Below are positions 1-11,501 of a stretch of DNA of 64,000 nt, piece by piece. The stretch is from Escherichia coli (GTDB taxonomy: Bacteria; Pseudomonadota; Gammaproteobacteria; Enterobacterales; Enterobacteriaceae), in NCBI RefSeq assembly GCF_044324785.1, contig NZ_CP172127.1; one strand, given 5' to 3'. A model generated the notes under the pieces. It was given only the letters and a program-made list of their open reading frames with translations, ran no database searches and was not told the DNA's origin. Every line of letters starts with the position of its first letter. Positions within the stretch are counted from its first letter, which is position 1. A program made the position numbers and the translations under genes.

Positions 1-327
1 GAGGACACCGCGCATACGATTAATAAAAAAGTGGGCTGGTTGCTGCATGGGCAGGAGTCGATTCTGGTGCCAGATTTCAACACCAAATGTCAGTGCCAGA
101 TTTTAGGTGAAGGAATTGGTTTTTTGCCGGATTACATGGTCCGTGAGGCGATGGCGCAATCCCTGCTGGTTACCCGACAAATCCATAATCCGCGCCAGGA
201 TTCACGCATGTTACTCGCAACTCAGCATTCTGCTACGGGTCAGGTGACGCAGTGGATTAAAAAACAATTTTCGCCAAATGGCATATTAACGGGGATCTAT
301 CAGGATTTACTGCATCGGGAGAATTAA
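1..327 (+). CDS. yahB: LysR-family regulator, C-terminal part (gene begins upstream of the window)
   Basis: Frame 1 is open from base 1 to the stop at 325-327. It sits beside pdeL/betT as in the recalled K-12 gene order. Confidence 0.6.
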   Translation, partial: EDTAHTINKKVGWLLHGQESILVPDFNTKCQCQILGEGIGFLPDYMVREAMAQSLLVTRQIHNPRQDSRMLLATQHSATGQVTQWIKKQFSPNGILTGIYQDLLHREN

Positions 328-368
328 TCGCTGCCAACCTCCCGATGCGCTGTGAATAGCGGTTTACA

Positions 369-1457
369 TCAACCACCAGCTTTCATTACCCATTCAGAAA
401 CAAATTTATTACCTGGTACTGGCGGAGAGTACAAATAGCCCTGCAAAAAGTGAACGCCTTTACCGATCATTAAATCCGCCTGCTCCTGGGTTTCTACCCC
501 TTCCGCCACGATACTCAGACCAGGCTTACGCGCCAGTTCGACAATATTGTCCACAATATGACCGGATATTTCGTCCACGCTCGCCATTTGCACAAACGAC
601 TTATCGATCTTAATAAAATCGACCGGAAACGCCTGCAAATAACGATAGGTCGCATAACCCGTACCAAAATCATCCAGCGCAAAGGTAATGTTGTGCTGAT
701 GAAGGCTGTCAAATATCGCTCTGGCTTCTGGCGTTACCGGAATAGGGTTACGTTCCGTTAGCTCGAGAACCAGTTTGATTTTATCGTTTCCTAATTTCTT
801 GACCAGGTTCAGGCATTCTTTTTCAAATCCCGCGGCCAAAAAACAACCCGCCGAGACGTTGATGCCAATATGGAAATTATCCGGCAGCAAATGTTTTACC
901 GGCATCAGAATATCCGCAGTCTGTTTCATCAACTGGCGAGTCATTATGACGATAAGACCAGATGACTCCGCCAGAGGAATAAACTGATCCGGTGGGATAA
1001 TTCCCGTTTGTGGATGTTCCCAGCGGACAAGCACCTCACAGCCCGTCAGTACCCCAGTCTGCGCGCAGAAAACCGGTTGGATCCACGGTTTAAATTCATG
1101 GTTTTCCAACGCCAGACTGATGGCTTCAGGCGTGACGATATGGTGATAGTGATTATCATTAATATATTTGTGACTATTATTACCCGTGGCGGATATGATC
1201 TCCGGATTGTACTGAAAGAAAATATCCCGCCAGAAAGTAATATCGCTCTGAATCCCCAGTTTCTCAAAGAGCTGTTTCTTTTGATGTGAAATGGTCTTTG
1301 CACTGCGATTTCTGTACTGTGATATTTCTGTTACAGACATTCCCTGCATCAGCAGCTTGAGTAGCAGTCGTTCTTTCTCGGATACGCTACCAGGCAATGA
1401 CAAATGAACCGTTGTACCGAACTCTTGCAGAAAAACACGAAAATCACATGAATTCAT
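369..1457 (-). CDS. pdeL: c-di-GMP phosphodiesterase / transcriptional regulator PdeL (LuxR-type HTH + EAL domain)
   Basis: N-terminal HTH (LLKLLMQGMSVTEISQYRNRSAKTISHQKK) and C-terminal EAL-domain motifs (EVLVRWEHP, ELTE, DDFGTGYA). Start set at the ATG giving MNSCDFRV, as recalled for YahA/PdeL. Confidence 0.9.
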   Translation of the reverse strand: MNSCDFRVFLQEFGTTVHLSLPGSVSEKERLLLKLLMQGMSVTEISQYRNRSAKTISHQKKQLFEKLGIQSDITFWRDIFFQYNPEIISATGNNSHKYINDNHYHHIVTPEAISLALENHEFKPWIQPVFCAQTGVLTGCEVLVRWEHPQTGIIPPDQFIPLAESSGLIVIMTRQLMKQTADILMPVKHLLPDNFHIGINVSAGCFLAAGFEKECLNLVKKLGNDKIKLVLELTERNPIPVTPEARAIFDSLHQHNITFALDDFGTGYATYRYLQAFPVDFIKIDKSFVQMASVDEISGHIVDNIVELARKPGLSIVAEGVETQEQADLMIGKGVHFLQGYLYSPPVPGNKFVSEWVMKAGG

Positions 1458-2290
1458 GAACACACCTTTATCTTTTATCGCTGTTCAGTATGAGTGATTA
1501 CCTGTGGATTCCTGAGCACACATAAGGGGTAACCATAAACATCAGCGATGCCATACGCATAACATCCCACATCACTATCAAAAAGATTATCTTTACCTCT
1601 GATGCTCGCTCAAAAACAGTTACGCTAAATACCTTAAAAAGGTAATCACAAGTCAAACTCAGGAGATAATCACGCAAGAATGCAATATTAAAATTCAGAT
1701 ACTCATTTTTGGTAATAAAGAAGTAGTTGGACTATTTCAATATTTATAATTTCCCACTACGTATTGACGCCCATTCATGAGTAAAGGCGCATTATATGAA
1801 TTTAACAATCCAGATCAACTGAAAATACCTCAACCTCATAAACACATAGCGTCAACATTCAATGACATAATGAGTAAAGATGTTGGTTATGCATACACGT
1901 CATTACTCTATGCCTATCCCTTAACAACCTGCTTTTTAAGGCTGAATCCATTCAGCAATAGATAGCCAACATTATAACAATGACAATAAAAACAATATTT
2001 AAAACAATCAATAAAATATCAGACACAGACAATTAAACCTTAAACAACAAACAGTTACATTGATTTTAGTTGATTTGCGCTACGCGTTTCCCATGAATAA
2101 AGCGTCATTTCAAATTAGCACCAATATTTACATTAAATAAGACTAAGCTTATTGAACATTCACAACAGTCCAAGCGTAGGTTTTGGGCTTCAATAGTTCT
2201 TTTCTTTTTTATTATCTGTTGCCTGGCAATCATCAATCGATACTAAGGGCTTAACTGTACACAGATATAACGTATCAAGAGGTAAGAGAA

Positions 2291-2318
2291 ACCGCGCCAT
2301 ATGCAGACATGGCGCGGT
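2291..2318 (-). terminator. hairpin terminator downstream of betT
   Basis: A perfect 10-bp stem, accgcgccat / atggcgcggt, with an 8-nt loop lies just 3' of the betT stop. T-rich tracts are present on both strands. Confidence 0.5.
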
Positions 2319-2333
2319 TTTATGCAATAACAA

Positions 2334-4367
2334 TCACGCGTCCGGGAACATCACGCTATGGCCCGGCGCTTCACGATGGAGATGGATAAAGTTAAGGTGC
2401 CGCTCGTACTGGTCGAGAATATCGGTGATCACCTGCTCTTTGCTGTAGTCCATCAGGTCGTTGCCCTGGCTGCCTTCTAACAGGAAAGTTTCCAGCCGGT
2501 AGTAGGTCGATTTACCGCTACGTGCGCGGTAGGTAAAGCCCGGCACCGAATATTGCTGCGGCCAAATCTGATAGACAAAGTTTTGCTCTTCGCCCATATG
2601 CACCAACAAATCCAGATGCCCCAACTGTTGTCCCTCTTCCGGCGGCAGGCTTTTTAGCTCCACGTACGCGCCGCGCAACCGCAGCTCCTGCGCCACTTCT
2701 TCCATTGCCGGGTAACAGACCGTCTCCATCATCTGTTTAGTGTAACGCGTGCCCGGATAATTCATCAGGCGCGAGAGACGTTTTTTCCAGCTCAGGCGAT
2801 CCTGAAGCCCCAGCGGTCGCGGCGCGGTATCACGGTTGGCACTTTCACGGCGGTAATCTTCTACCTTCAGAGATTTATACAACCCCGCCATCACGAAGAA
2901 AATCACAAAGCTGAACGGCAGCCCCATGATTACCGTGGTGTTTTGCAGCGCGGATATCCCGTTGGTCATCAGCATGCCAAGCGTCAGCAGACCAATCGCC
3001 ACCGACCAGAAGACGCGCAGCCAGCCGGGGGCGTCGCTGTTGATATCTTTAAGCTGCGAGGTGAAATTCCCCAGCACCAGCGCGCCGGAGTCCGCCGAGG
3101 TCACATAAAACAGCAGGCCAGTAATGGTGGCGACGGAGGCGCTAAAGGTAAACGCCGGATACTGCGCCAGCAGGCTGTAGAAGCCGCGCTCCGGATGGAC
3201 CATCGCTTCCTCGGCAAATGCCGCGCCGCCGTGGATGATTTCATACAGCGCGCTATTGCCGAACACCGAGAGCCATAACAGCGTGAAGGTAAACGGAATA
3301 ATCAACGTGCCCAGCACGAACTGGCGAATGGTACGCCCACGCGAGATACGCGCCAGGAACAGGCCGACAAACGGCGACCATGCCACCCACCATGCCCAGA
3401 AGAAGAGCGTCCAGTTATTCATCCACTCAACCGGACGGTCGAAGGCAAAACTGTTGAGCGTCATTCCCATAAAGCGATTCACATAGTCGCCAACGTTCAG
3501 CACCAGCGCATTAAGCAGGAACGAGGTGTCGCCCATAAACAGCACGAACAGGATCAGCCCCAGCGCCAGCGCAACGTTGAGTTCCGATAACACACGAATG
3601 CCCTTATCGACACCGGAGGTGACAGAGATCGTTGCGATGATCACCGACAAGGCGATCAGTGCCGCTTTTGCCGCCATCGAATCAGGAATATCAAACAGTA
3701 CGCTCAAGCCATAGTTAAGCTGCACCACACCGATACCGAGCGTAGTGGCAATACCGAAGATGGTGCCGATCACTGCTGCAATATCCACTGAGTGACCTAT
3801 CGGCCCGTTAATCCGTTTACCGAAGATCGGGTACAGCGCTGAGCGGATGGTGAGCGGCAAATTATAACGATAGCTAAAGTATCCGAGCGCCATGCCCATC
3901 AGCGCATACATCGACCAGCCGGTTAAGCCGTAGTGAAACAGCGTCCAGACCATCGCCTGACGCGCGGCCTCAATCGTCTGACCCGCGCCTTCCGGCGGCT
4001 GCATATACTGCGTTACCGGTTCGGCTACGGAGAAGAACATCAGGTCGATACCGATCCCGGCAGCAAACAGCATCGCCGCCCAACTCAGCAGACTGAACTC
4101 CGGTTTGGATTGTTCTGGCCCGAGCTTCACCGAACCAAAACGCGAACAAGCGATACAGACCACAAAGACAATATAGAGCGTTGCCGCCAGCAGATAGTAC
4201 CAACCGAAGGTTTTAGAGACCCAGTCCAGCGTGCGTCCAATCCACAGGGCCGAGAAGTCGCGAAACAGGATCGTTGTCAGGGAAAACAACAAAATCAGTC
4301 CGGCGGAAGTGTAAAACACCACCGGATTGATTTTGTCCTTTTCCCTGCTGTGTGAAAGGTCTGTCAT
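2334..4367 (-). CDS. betT: choline transporter BetT (BCCT family)
   Basis: 677-aa polytopic membrane ORF starting MTDLSHSREKDK. It is divergent from betI, the classic bet locus arrangement. Confidence 0.95.
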   Translation of the reverse strand: MTDLSHSREKDKINPVVFYTSAGLILLFSLTTILFRDFSALWIGRTLDWVSKTFGWYYLLAATLYIVFVVCIACSRFGSVKLGPEQSKPEFSLLSWAAMLFAAGIGIDLMFFSVAEPVTQYMQPPEGAGQTIEAARQAMVWTLFHYGLTGWSMYALMGMALGYFSYRYNLPLTIRSALYPIFGKRINGPIGHSVDIAAVIGTIFGIATTLGIGVVQLNYGLSVLFDIPDSMAAKAALIALSVIIATISVTSGVDKGIRVLSELNVALALGLILFVLFMGDTSFLLNALVLNVGDYVNRFMGMTLNSFAFDRPVEWMNNWTLFFWAWWVAWSPFVGLFLARISRGRTIRQFVLGTLIIPFTFTLLWLSVFGNSALYEIIHGGAAFAEEAMVHPERGFYSLLAQYPAFTFSASVATITGLLFYVTSADSGALVLGNFTSQLKDINSDAPGWLRVFWSVAIGLLTLGMLMTNGISALQNTTVIMGLPFSFVIFFVMAGLYKSLKVEDYRRESANRDTAPRPLGLQDRLSWKKRLSRLMNYPGTRYTKQMMETVCYPAMEEVAQELRLRGAYVELKSLPPEEGQQLGHLDLLVHMGEEQNFVYQIWPQQYSVPGFTYRARSGKSTYYRLETFLLEGSQGNDLMDYSKEQVITDILDQYERHLNFIHLHREAPGHSVMFPDA

Positions 4368-4431
4368 CCAGTATCCCCACTGTTATTGTTACCATTTAAA
4401 ATCAAATTCGTAACAATTAAGACACATTTTA

Positions 4432-4451
4432 TATTGAACGTCCAATCAATA
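4432..4451. promoter_or_regulatory. candidate BetI operator palindrome in the betT-betI divergent promoter region
   Basis: TATTGA-N8-TCAATA inverted repeat in the 128-bp intergenic region. TetR-family repressors bind such palindromes; the assignment is inferred. Confidence 0.4.
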
Positions 4452-4495
4452 ACCGCTTTAATAGATAAACAACGCTGATGAATGGAGTGGCGAAA

Positions 4496-5083
4496 ATGCC
4501 CAAATTGGGGATGCAGTCGATCCGGCGCAGACAACTGATCGACGCCACGCTGGAAGCAATAAATGAAGTGGGCATGCACGATGCAACGATCGCGCAGATC
4601 GCCCGCCGTGCAGGCGTTTCTACGGGGATCATCAGCCACTATTTCAGGGACAAAAATGGTCTGCTGGAAGCAACCATGCGCGATATCACCAGTCAGCTGC
4701 GTGACGCGGTTTTGAATCGATTACATGCACTTCCGCAGGGCAGTGCAGAGCAGCGATTACAGGCGATTGTTGACGGGAATTTCGATGAATCGCAGGTCAG
4801 TAATGCTGCGATGAAAGCCTGGTTGGCGTTTTGGGCCAGCAGTATGCATCAGCCGATGCTTTACCGTTTGCAGCAGGTGAGCAGCCGCCGCTTGTTGTCG
4901 AATCTGGTGAGCGAATTTCACCGCGAGTTACCGCGCCAACAGGCACAGGAAGCGGGCTACGGCCTTGCCGCGCTGATTGACGGATTATGGCTGCGCGCGG
5001 CACTGAGCGGCAAACCGCTGGATAAACCTCTCGCACACTCGCTGACCCGTCACTTTATTACTCAGCATTTACCCACCGATTAA
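4496..5083 (+). CDS. betI: TetR-family repressor BetI
   Basis: [23 protein letters not shown]. Start taken at MPKLGMQS (ATG 4496), giving 195 aa, rather than at the upstream in-frame ATG 4478. Confidence 0.9.
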   Translation: MPKLGMQSIRRRQLIDATLEAINEVGMHDATIAQIARRAGVSTGIISHYFRDKNGLLEATMRDITSQLRDAVLNRLHALPQGSAEQRLQAIVDGNFDESQVSNAAMKAWLAFWASSMHQPMLYRLQQVSSRRLLSNLVSEFHRELPRQQAQEAGYGLAALIDGLWLRAALSGKPLDKPLAHSLTRHFITQHLPTD

Positions 5084-5096
5084 CCGAGGAGACGTG

Positions 5097-6569
5097 ATGT
5101 CCCGAATGGCAGAACAGCAGCTTTATATACATGGTGGTTATACCTCCGCCACCAGCGGTCGCACCTTCGAGACCATTAACCCGGCCAACGGTAACGTGCT
5201 GGCGACCGTGCAGGCCGCCGGGCGTGAGGATGTCGATCGCGCCGTGAAGAGTGCCCAACAGGGGCAAAAAATCTGGGCGGCGATGACCGCTATGGAACGC
5301 TCGCGTATTCTGCGTCGGGCCGTTGATATTCTGCGTGAACGCAATGACGAACTCGCAAAACTGGAAACCCTCGACACCGGAAAAGCGTATTCGGAAACCT
5401 CAACCGTCGATATCGTTACCGGCGCGGACGTGCTCGAGTACTACGCCGGGCTGATCCCGTCGCTGGAAGGCAGCCAGATCCCATTGCGTGAGACGTCATT
5501 TGTCTATACCCGCCGCGAACCGCTGGGCGTAGTGGCAGGGATTGGCGCATGGAACTACCCGATCCAGATTGCCCTGTGGAAATCCGCCCCGGCGCTGGCG
5601 GCAGGCAATGCAATGATTTTCAAACCGAGTGAAGTCACCCCGCTTACCGCGTTAAAGCTGGCCGAAATTTACAGCGAAGCGGGCCTGCCGGACGGTGTAT
5701 TTAACGTGCTGCCGGGCGTAGGTGCGGAAACCGGGCAGTATCTGACCGAGCATCCGGGCATTGCCAAAGTGTCATTTACCGGCGGTGTCGCCAGCGGCAA
5801 AAAAGTGATGGCTAACTCGGCGGCCTCTTCCCTGAAAGAAGTGACCATGGAGCTGGGCGGTAAATCACCGCTGATCGTTTTCGACGATACAGACCTCGAT
5901 CTCGCCGCTGATATCGCCATGATGGCGAACTTCTTCAGCTCCGGTCAGGTGTGTACCAACGGCACCCGCGTCTTCGTTCCGGCGAAATGCAAAGCCGCAT
6001 TTGAACAAAAGATTCTGGCTCGCGTTGAGCGCATTCGCGCGGGCGACGTTTTCGATCCGCAAACTAACTTTGGCCCGCTGGTCAGCTTCCCGCATCGCGA
6101 TAACGTGCTGCGTTACATCGCCAAAGGCAAAGAGGAAGGCGCGCGCGTACTGTGCGGCGGCGATGTACTGAAAGGCGATGGCTTCGATAACGGCGCATGG
6201 GTTGCACCGACCGTGTTCACCGATTGCCGCGACGAAATGACCATCGTGCGCGAAGAGATCTTCGGTCCGGTGATGTCGCTTCTCACTTATGAATCTGAGG
6301 ACGAAGTGATTCGCCGCGCCAATGATACCGACTACGGCCTGGCGGCGGGCATCGTGACGGCGGACCTGAACCGCGCGCATCGCGTCATTCATCAGCTGGA
6401 AGCGGGTATTTGCTGGATCAACACCTGGGGCGAATCCCCTGCTGAGATGCCCGTTGGCGGCTACAAACACTCCGGCATTGGTCGCGAGAACGGCGTGATG
6501 ACGCTCCAGAGTTACACCCAGGTGAAGTCCATCCAGGTTGAGATGGCTAAATTCCAGTCCATATTCTAA
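5097..6569 (+). CDS. betB: betaine aldehyde dehydrogenase BetB
   Basis: Aldehyde dehydrogenase motifs ELGGKSP and [11 protein letters not shown]. 490 aa starting [14 protein letters not shown]. Confidence 0.95.
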   Translation: MSRMAEQQLYIHGGYTSATSGRTFETINPANGNVLATVQAAGREDVDRAVKSAQQGQKIWAAMTAMERSRILRRAVDILRERNDELAKLETLDTGKAYSETSTVDIVTGADVLEYYAGLIPSLEGSQIPLRETSFVYTRREPLGVVAGIGAWNYPIQIALWKSAPALAAGNAMIFKPSEVTPLTALKLAEIYSEAGLPDGVFNVLPGVGAETGQYLTEHPGIAKVSFTGGVASGKKVMANSAASSLKEVTMELGGKSPLIVFDDTDLDLAADIAMMANFFSSGQVCTNGTRVFVPAKCKAAFEQKILARVERIRAGDVFDPQTNFGPLVSFPHRDNVLRYIAKGKEEGARVLCGGDVLKGDGFDNGAWVAPTVFTDCRDEMTIVREEIFGPVMSLLTYESEDEVIRRANDTDYGLAAGIVTADLNRAHRVIHQLEAGICWINTWGESPAEMPVGGYKHSGIGRENGVMTLQSYTQVKSIQVEMAKFQSIF

Positions 6570-6582
6570 CCAGGAGGTTTAT

Positions 6583-8271
6583 TTGCAATTTGACTACATC
6601 ATTATTGGTGCCGGCTCAGCTGGCAACGTTCTCGCTACCCGTCTGACTGAAGATCCGAACACAACCGTGCTGCTGCTTGAAGCAGGCGGCCCGGACTATC
6701 GCTTTGACTTCCGCACCCAGATGCCCGCCGCGCTGGCATTCCCGCTGCAGGGTAAACGCTACAACTGGGCCTATGAAACGGAGCCCGAACCGTTTATGAA
6801 TAACCGCCGCATGGAGTGCGGACGCGGTAAAGGTCTGGGCGGATCGTCACTGATCAACGGCATGTGCTACATCCGTGGCAATGCGCTGGATCTCGATAAC
6901 TGGGCGCAAGAACCCGGTCTGGAGAACTGGAGCTACCTCGACTGCCTGCCCTACTACCGCAAGGCCGAGACTCGCGATGTGGGCGAGAACGACTACCACG
7001 GCGGTGATGGCCCGGTGAGCGTCACCACCTCCAAACCCGGCGTCAATCCGCTGTTTGAAGCGATGATTGAAGCGGGCGTGCAGGCGGGCTACCCGCGCAC
7101 GGAGGATCTCAACGGTTATCAGCAGGAAGGTTTTGGCCCGATGGATCGCACCGTCACGCCGCATGGCCGTCGCGCCAGCACCGCGCGTGGCTATCTCGAT
7201 CAGGCCAAATCGCGCCCTAACCTGACCATTCGTACTCACGCCATGACCGATCACATCATTTTTGACGGCAAACGCGCGGTGGGCGTCGAGTGGCTGGAAG
7301 GCGACAGCACCATTCCGACCCGCGCGGCGGCGAATAAAGAAGTGCTGTTATGTGCAGGCGCGATTGCTTCACCGCAGATCCTGCAACGCTCCGGCGTCGG
7401 CAACGCTGAACTGCTGGCGGAGTTTGATATTCCGCTGGTGCATGAATTACCTGGCGTCGGCGAAAATCTTCAGGATCACCTGGAGATGTATCTGCAATAT
7501 GAGTGCAAAGAACCGGTTTCCCTCTACCCTGCCCTGCAGTGGTGGAATCAGCCGAAAATCGGTGCGGAGTGGCTGTTTGGCGGCACCGGCGTTGGTGCCA
7601 GCAACCACTTTGAAGCTGGCGGATTTATTCGCAGCCGTGAGGAATTTACGTGGCCGAATATTCAGTACCATTTCCTGCCAGTGGCGATTAACTATAACGG
7701 CTCGAACGCAGTGAAAGAGCACGGCTTCCAGTGCCACGTCGGATCGATGCGCTCGCCAAGCCGTGGGCATGTGCGGATTAAATCCCGCGACCCGCACCAG
7801 CATCCGGGAATTCTGTTTAACTACATGTCGCACGAGCAGGACTGGCAGGAGTTCCGCGACGCAATTCGCATCACCCGCGAGATCATGCATCAACCGGCGC
7901 TGGATCAGTATCGTGGCCGCGAAATCAGCCCCGGTGTCGAATGCCAGACGGATGAGCAGCTCGATGAGTTCGTGCGTAACCACGCCGAAACCGCGTTTCA
8001 TCCGTGCGGTACCTGCAAAATGGGTTATGACGAGATGGCTGTGGTTGACGGCGAAGGCCGCGTACACGGGCTGGAAGGCCTGCGCGTGGTGGATGCGTCA
8101 ATTATGCCGCAAATTATCACCGGCAATTTGAACGCCACGACGATTATGATTGGCGAGAAAATAGCGGATATGATTCGTGGGAAGGAAGCGTTGCCGAGGA
8201 GCACGGCAAGATATTTTGTGGCAAATGGGATGCCAGTAAGAGCGAAAAAAATGAGTCGTGATTTGAACTAA
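6583..8271 (+). CDS. betA: choline dehydrogenase BetA (GMC oxidoreductase)
   Basis: FAD fold [15 protein letters not shown] at the N-terminus. TTG at 6583 lies 5 nt after AGGAGG (6572-6577). The longer ORF from 6538 would overlap betB and lacks an SD. Confidence 0.9.
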   Translation: MQFDYIIIGAGSAGNVLATRLTEDPNTTVLLLEAGGPDYRFDFRTQMPAALAFPLQGKRYNWAYETEPEPFMNNRRMECGRGKGLGGSSLINGMCYIRGNALDLDNWAQEPGLENWSYLDCLPYYRKAETRDVGENDYHGGDGPVSVTTSKPGVNPLFEAMIEAGVQAGYPRTEDLNGYQQEGFGPMDRTVTPHGRRASTARGYLDQAKSRPNLTIRTHAMTDHIIFDGKRAVGVEWLEGDSTIPTRAAANKEVLLCAGAIASPQILQRSGVGNAELLAEFDIPLVHELPGVGENLQDHLEMYLQYECKEPVSLYPALQWWNQPKIGAEWLFGGTGVGASNHFEAGGFIRSREEFTWPNIQYHFLPVAINYNGSNAVKEHGFQCHVGSMRSPSRGHVRIKSRDPHQHPGILFNYMSHEQDWQEFRDAIRITREIMHQPALDQYRGREISPGVECQTDEQLDEFVRNHAETAFHPCGTCKMGYDEMAVVDGEGRVHGLEGLRVVDASIMPQIITGNLNATTIMIGEKIADMIRGKEALPRSTARYFVANGMPVRAKKMSRDLN

Positions 8272-8464
8272 CTCAGGAACCTATCAGATTGAGAGTTACC
8301 GTTCTACTATGAGGACCGAATCCTTATATAAAACACTGAGGTAACTCTCATGCTTCATATCCAGTATTCATGATGCTGGTTTTTTGCTGATATTTAACCC
8401 GAACACTCCTGATACAGACTATTAATTCATTTATCTGCGACAGATTTCATTTTCTGGATATATT

Positions 8465-9133
8465 ATGAGTGAACAAATCAAACAGGATATCGATCTGATT
8501 GAGATTTTATTTTATCTGAAGAAAAAGATTCGTGTTATCCTTTTTATTATAGCCATCTGTATGGCAATGGTGCTTTTATTTCTGTATATCAATAAAGATA
8601 ATATAAAAGTGAGTTACAGCCTAAAAATAAACCAGACAACACCAGGCATACTTGTTAACTGTGATAGCAATAATAACTTTGCCTGTCAGACCACAATGAC
8701 TGAAGATGTTATTCAGCGAATTACTACATTTTTTCACACCAGCCCAGATGTCAAGAACAGAGAAATAAAGCTGGAATGGTCAGGAGATAAGAGAGATTTA
8801 CCAACTGCTGAAGCGGAAATATCTCGCGTGCAGGCGTCTATTATCAAATGGTATGCGTCAGAATATCATAATGGCAGGCAAGTTCTCGATGAGATACAAA
8901 CACCTTCAGCAATTAACAGTGAGCTTTATACAAAAATGATATACCTGACCAGGAACTGGTCATTGTATCCGAACGGTGATGGCTGTGTAACTATAAGCTC
9001 ACCAGAAATAAAAAATAAATACCCTGCTGCCATTTGCCTGGCTCTGGGATTTTTTATAAGCATTGTAATTTCTGTAATGTTTTGCCTTGTCAAAAAAATG
9101 GTAGATGAATACCAACAAAACTCTGGGCAGTAA
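8465..9133 (+). CDS. ykgH: inner-membrane protein YkgH (N- and C-terminal TM segments)
   Basis: 222-aa low-GC ORF with hydrophobic segments near both ends. Its position between betA and ykgG matches the K-12 order. Confidence 0.75.
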   Translation: MSEQIKQDIDLIEILFYLKKKIRVILFIIAICMAMVLLFLYINKDNIKVSYSLKINQTTPGILVNCDSNNNFACQTTMTEDVIQRITTFFHTSPDVKNREIKLEWSGDKRDLPTAEAEISRVQASIIKWYASEYHNGRQVLDEIQTPSAINSELYTKMIYLTRNWSLYPNGDGCVTISSPEIKNKYPAAICLALGFFISIVISVMFCLVKKMVDEYQQNSGQ

Positions 9134-9375
9134 TAAACAGCATTCTGACAGAGAGTGCCTGTATAAAACTATAGTGACAATGACCGGGAAGGGAGCCCGT
9201 CTTCAGGAATGGATTCCTGTCTTTTTCACTGTAAATATCCTGGCATTATTAATGTCAGGATATTTACAGAAGAGCAGCATAACCATGACGGAACGGGGTT
9301 AAGTCAGGTTGTCCTTAACGCTATTCACAACCTCGTATGCCGCCTTCAGGTTTATGTCCAGACTTCATATCTCTC

Positions 9376-10071
9376 TCAGCAATCCTCAATAATCAGATAC
9401 ACCGCTTTCACCGGGCCATGAACCCCGACGACTTTGATAAGCTCAATATCCGCCGTTGAACTAGGGCCGCTAATGATGTTAATGCAGGACGGCATTCGTT
9501 CACCGGCCTGCGCTTTCTGATGCAATTTTTCTGCGAGTTGCGCTACACGCGGCAGGATAGTGCTTTTACGCAGGATAAAAAGAGAAGATTCCGGGAGCAG
9601 GCTCAATGAACGCCCGCGCCCGGCGGCGGAAAAAAGAACCACGCCTCCCGATTCGGTTAAACCATATTCAGCATACACTACGCCAACTTTAGCCTGCTCT
9701 GCCTGCGAGATATTCTCGGCACCTTTCGCCGGATCCCAAACAACGGCATTGCATTCCTGCTGCAAACGTTCGCTAATCCCCAATTCCTCCAGCCTCGTGT
9801 CACCGCTAATCACGATCGACTGATCTCCCAGCTCTTTACACAGACGTATTGCAGCTTCTGCGGCCTGCGCCTCGCTGGTCAGTTCACAGCGCGTCAACAT
9901 AACATCGCTGGCAAACTGGATAAACGCGTCACAGCGCTGCTGTTGGTTAAGTTCGGTAAGCCGCTCGTTAGCATAGTTGTTAAGCGGCGCATCTTCTGCT
10001 TGCGGTTCAAGTCGCAGCGGGCGACCCAGTGCCTGAGCAACGTTATTCAAAAATTCGCTCCGATTATCCAT
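9376..10071 (-). CDS. ykgG: LutC-like lactate-utilisation protein YkgG
   Basis: Start at the ATG giving MDNRSEF, which overlaps the ykgF stop by 8 nt. It is the third gene of the ykgEFG operon. Confidence 0.85.
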   Translation of the reverse strand: MDNRSEFLNNVAQALGRPLRLEPQAEDAPLNNYANERLTELNQQQRCDAFIQFASDVMLTRCELTSEAQAAEAAIRLCKELGDQSIVISGDTRLEELGISERLQQECNAVVWDPAKGAENISQAEQAKVGVVYAEYGLTESGGVVLFSAAGRGRSLSLLPESSLFILRKSTILPRVAQLAEKLHQKAQAGERMPSCINIISGPSSTADIELIKVVGVHGPVKAVYLIIEDC

Positions 10072-11491
10072 TCTTTTTCTCCTGCGCCTGATGTTTCTTA
10101 AACCAACTACGGAAACTCTCTCCGTCAGCTTCAGGAAGATCGCGTGCTTCCATCCAGTCGCTAATCGCGCCAAATTTGAGTGGTGTTTTGCCGCCATTGA
10201 TAAACCAGCTTGCCGCATGAGCACCGGCCATCATCCCGACTTTCCACAATCCTGGATGACTATTGGCATAAGCGAACATTTTTATCGCCCGTTGCTCTGC
10301 TTTTGCGGTGATCCCTTTTTCAGCCATCACCCGACGATGACGCAAAATCAGTTTTGACAGCGGAATACGCACCGGACACACGCTGTCACAAGCAGTGCAT
10401 AAAGAGCAGGCGTAGGGTAAATCTTTAAAATCTTTATAGCCGCCAAGTAGCGGAGAAATCACCGCACCAATTGGCCCTGGATAAATAGAGCCATATCCAT
10501 GACCGCCAATGTGGCGATATGCCGGACAAGTATTCATACAAGCCCCGCAGCGAATACAGCGCAGCACATCCCGAAATTCAGAGGCCAGCACCTCAGAACG
10601 CCCGTTATCGACAATAACCAGATGAAACTCTTCAGGACCATCAACGTGCCCCGCTTCGCGCGGTCCTGTCAGCCAGGTGTTGTATCCCGTCAAACGTGCA
10701 CCAACGGCACTGCGCGCCAGCATGGTGATCAATACATCTACCTCGGCAAACGTGGGGGCAATACGCTCCATTCCCATCACTGCAATATGCGTTTTAGGCA
10801 GCGTGGTACACATTCGCGCATTACCTTCATTGGTCACCAGGCATACCGAACCGGTCTCTGCCACCGCGAAATTACAGCCGGTAATACCTATTTCAGCACT
10901 GAGGAAATCTTCGCGGATTTTTTGCCGGATGAATAAGGTCATTGCTTCAGGCGTTTCCGACCCCTCATAGCCCAGACGTTCGTGTAGCACCCGACGGATC
11001 TGATGGCGATCTTTATGAATTGCCGGGACCACAACATGAGAGGGCGGATCTTGATCCAGCTGGAGAATGTATTCACCCAGATCGGTTTCAATCACCTGAA
11101 TGCCAGCATCCTGCAACACATGATTGACACCAATCTCTTCGGTCACCATCGATTTAGATTTCACCACCTTCCGGGCATTTTTGCGTTGGGCAACCTGTAA
11201 AATGTAGCGGGTAGCGTCTTCTTTGGTTTTTGCAAAATAGACGTGACCGCCGTTTTGCGTCACTTTTTCTGAGAGCTGGTACAGATAAGCGTCGAGATTA
11301 CTCAGAACATGATCACGTATCTGGGCGGCCCGATCGCGCCACTCCTCCCAGTGCCCCAATTCATCGACCATTTTTTGCCGATTTGCCCCGATACGCTGCT
11401 GCGCGTTTGCCACCGCTTTGCGCATGATCGGATCTTCAATTTGCTGACGGATGCGTGTCTTAAAATCTGTATTACTGGTTTTGATCGACAT
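10064..11491 (-). CDS. ykgF: LutB-like iron-sulfur oxidoreductase YkgF
   Basis: Two ferredoxin-type cysteine clusters (CIRCGACMNTCP, CSLCTACDSVCP). 475 aa. Confidence 0.9.
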   Translation of the reverse strand: MSIKTSNTDFKTRIRQQIEDPIMRKAVANAQQRIGANRQKMVDELGHWEEWRDRAAQIRDHVLSNLDAYLYQLSEKVTQNGGHVYFAKTKEDATRYILQVAQRKNARKVVKSKSMVTEEIGVNHVLQDAGIQVIETDLGEYILQLDQDPPSHVVVPAIHKDRHQIRRVLHERLGYEGSETPEAMTLFIRQKIREDFLSAEIGITGCNFAVAETGSVCLVTNEGNARMCTTLPKTHIAVMGMERIAPTFAEVDVLITMLARSAVGARLTGYNTWLTGPREAGHVDGPEEFHLVIVDNGRSEVLASEFRDVLRCIRCGACMNTCPAYRHIGGHGYGSIYPGPIGAVISPLLGGYKDFKDLPYACSLCTACDSVCPVRIPLSKLILRHRRVMAEKGITAKAEQRAIKMFAYANSHPGLWKVGMMAGAHAASWFINGGKTPLKFGAISDWMEARDLPEADGESFRSWFKKHQAQEKKNG

Positions 11492-11501
11492 CTTTATATC
11501 C

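Noticed and set aside
1777-1965. 62-codon ORF in the 870-bp AT-rich spacer between pdeL and betT.
   Set aside because: No SD and no motif. It sits in a promoter-rich, AT-rich regulatory spacer and is most likely a chance ORF.
2926-4395. Many 60-140-codon ORFs antisense to or out of frame within betT. Similar ones occur inside betB, betA, ykgF, eaeH, ecpC, paoC, hsdR, hsdM and the MFS and hydrolase genes.
   Set aside because: They lie wholly inside long ORFs that carry clear family motifs. They have biased, low-complexity (Arg/Ala/Gly-rich) translations typical of shadow frames in GC-rich genes, and no SD sequences.
6538-6582. Upstream in-frame start for betA at 6538.
   Set aside because: It would overlap betB by 32 nt and add 15 residues before the FAD-binding fold. 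TTG 6583 has an ideally spaced AGGAGG.
9105-9421. Two overlapping 65-70-codon ORFs between ykgH and ykgG.
   Set aside because: No SD and no motifs. One runs into the ykgG 3' end on the opposite strand, so they are likely chance frames in an intergenic spacer.
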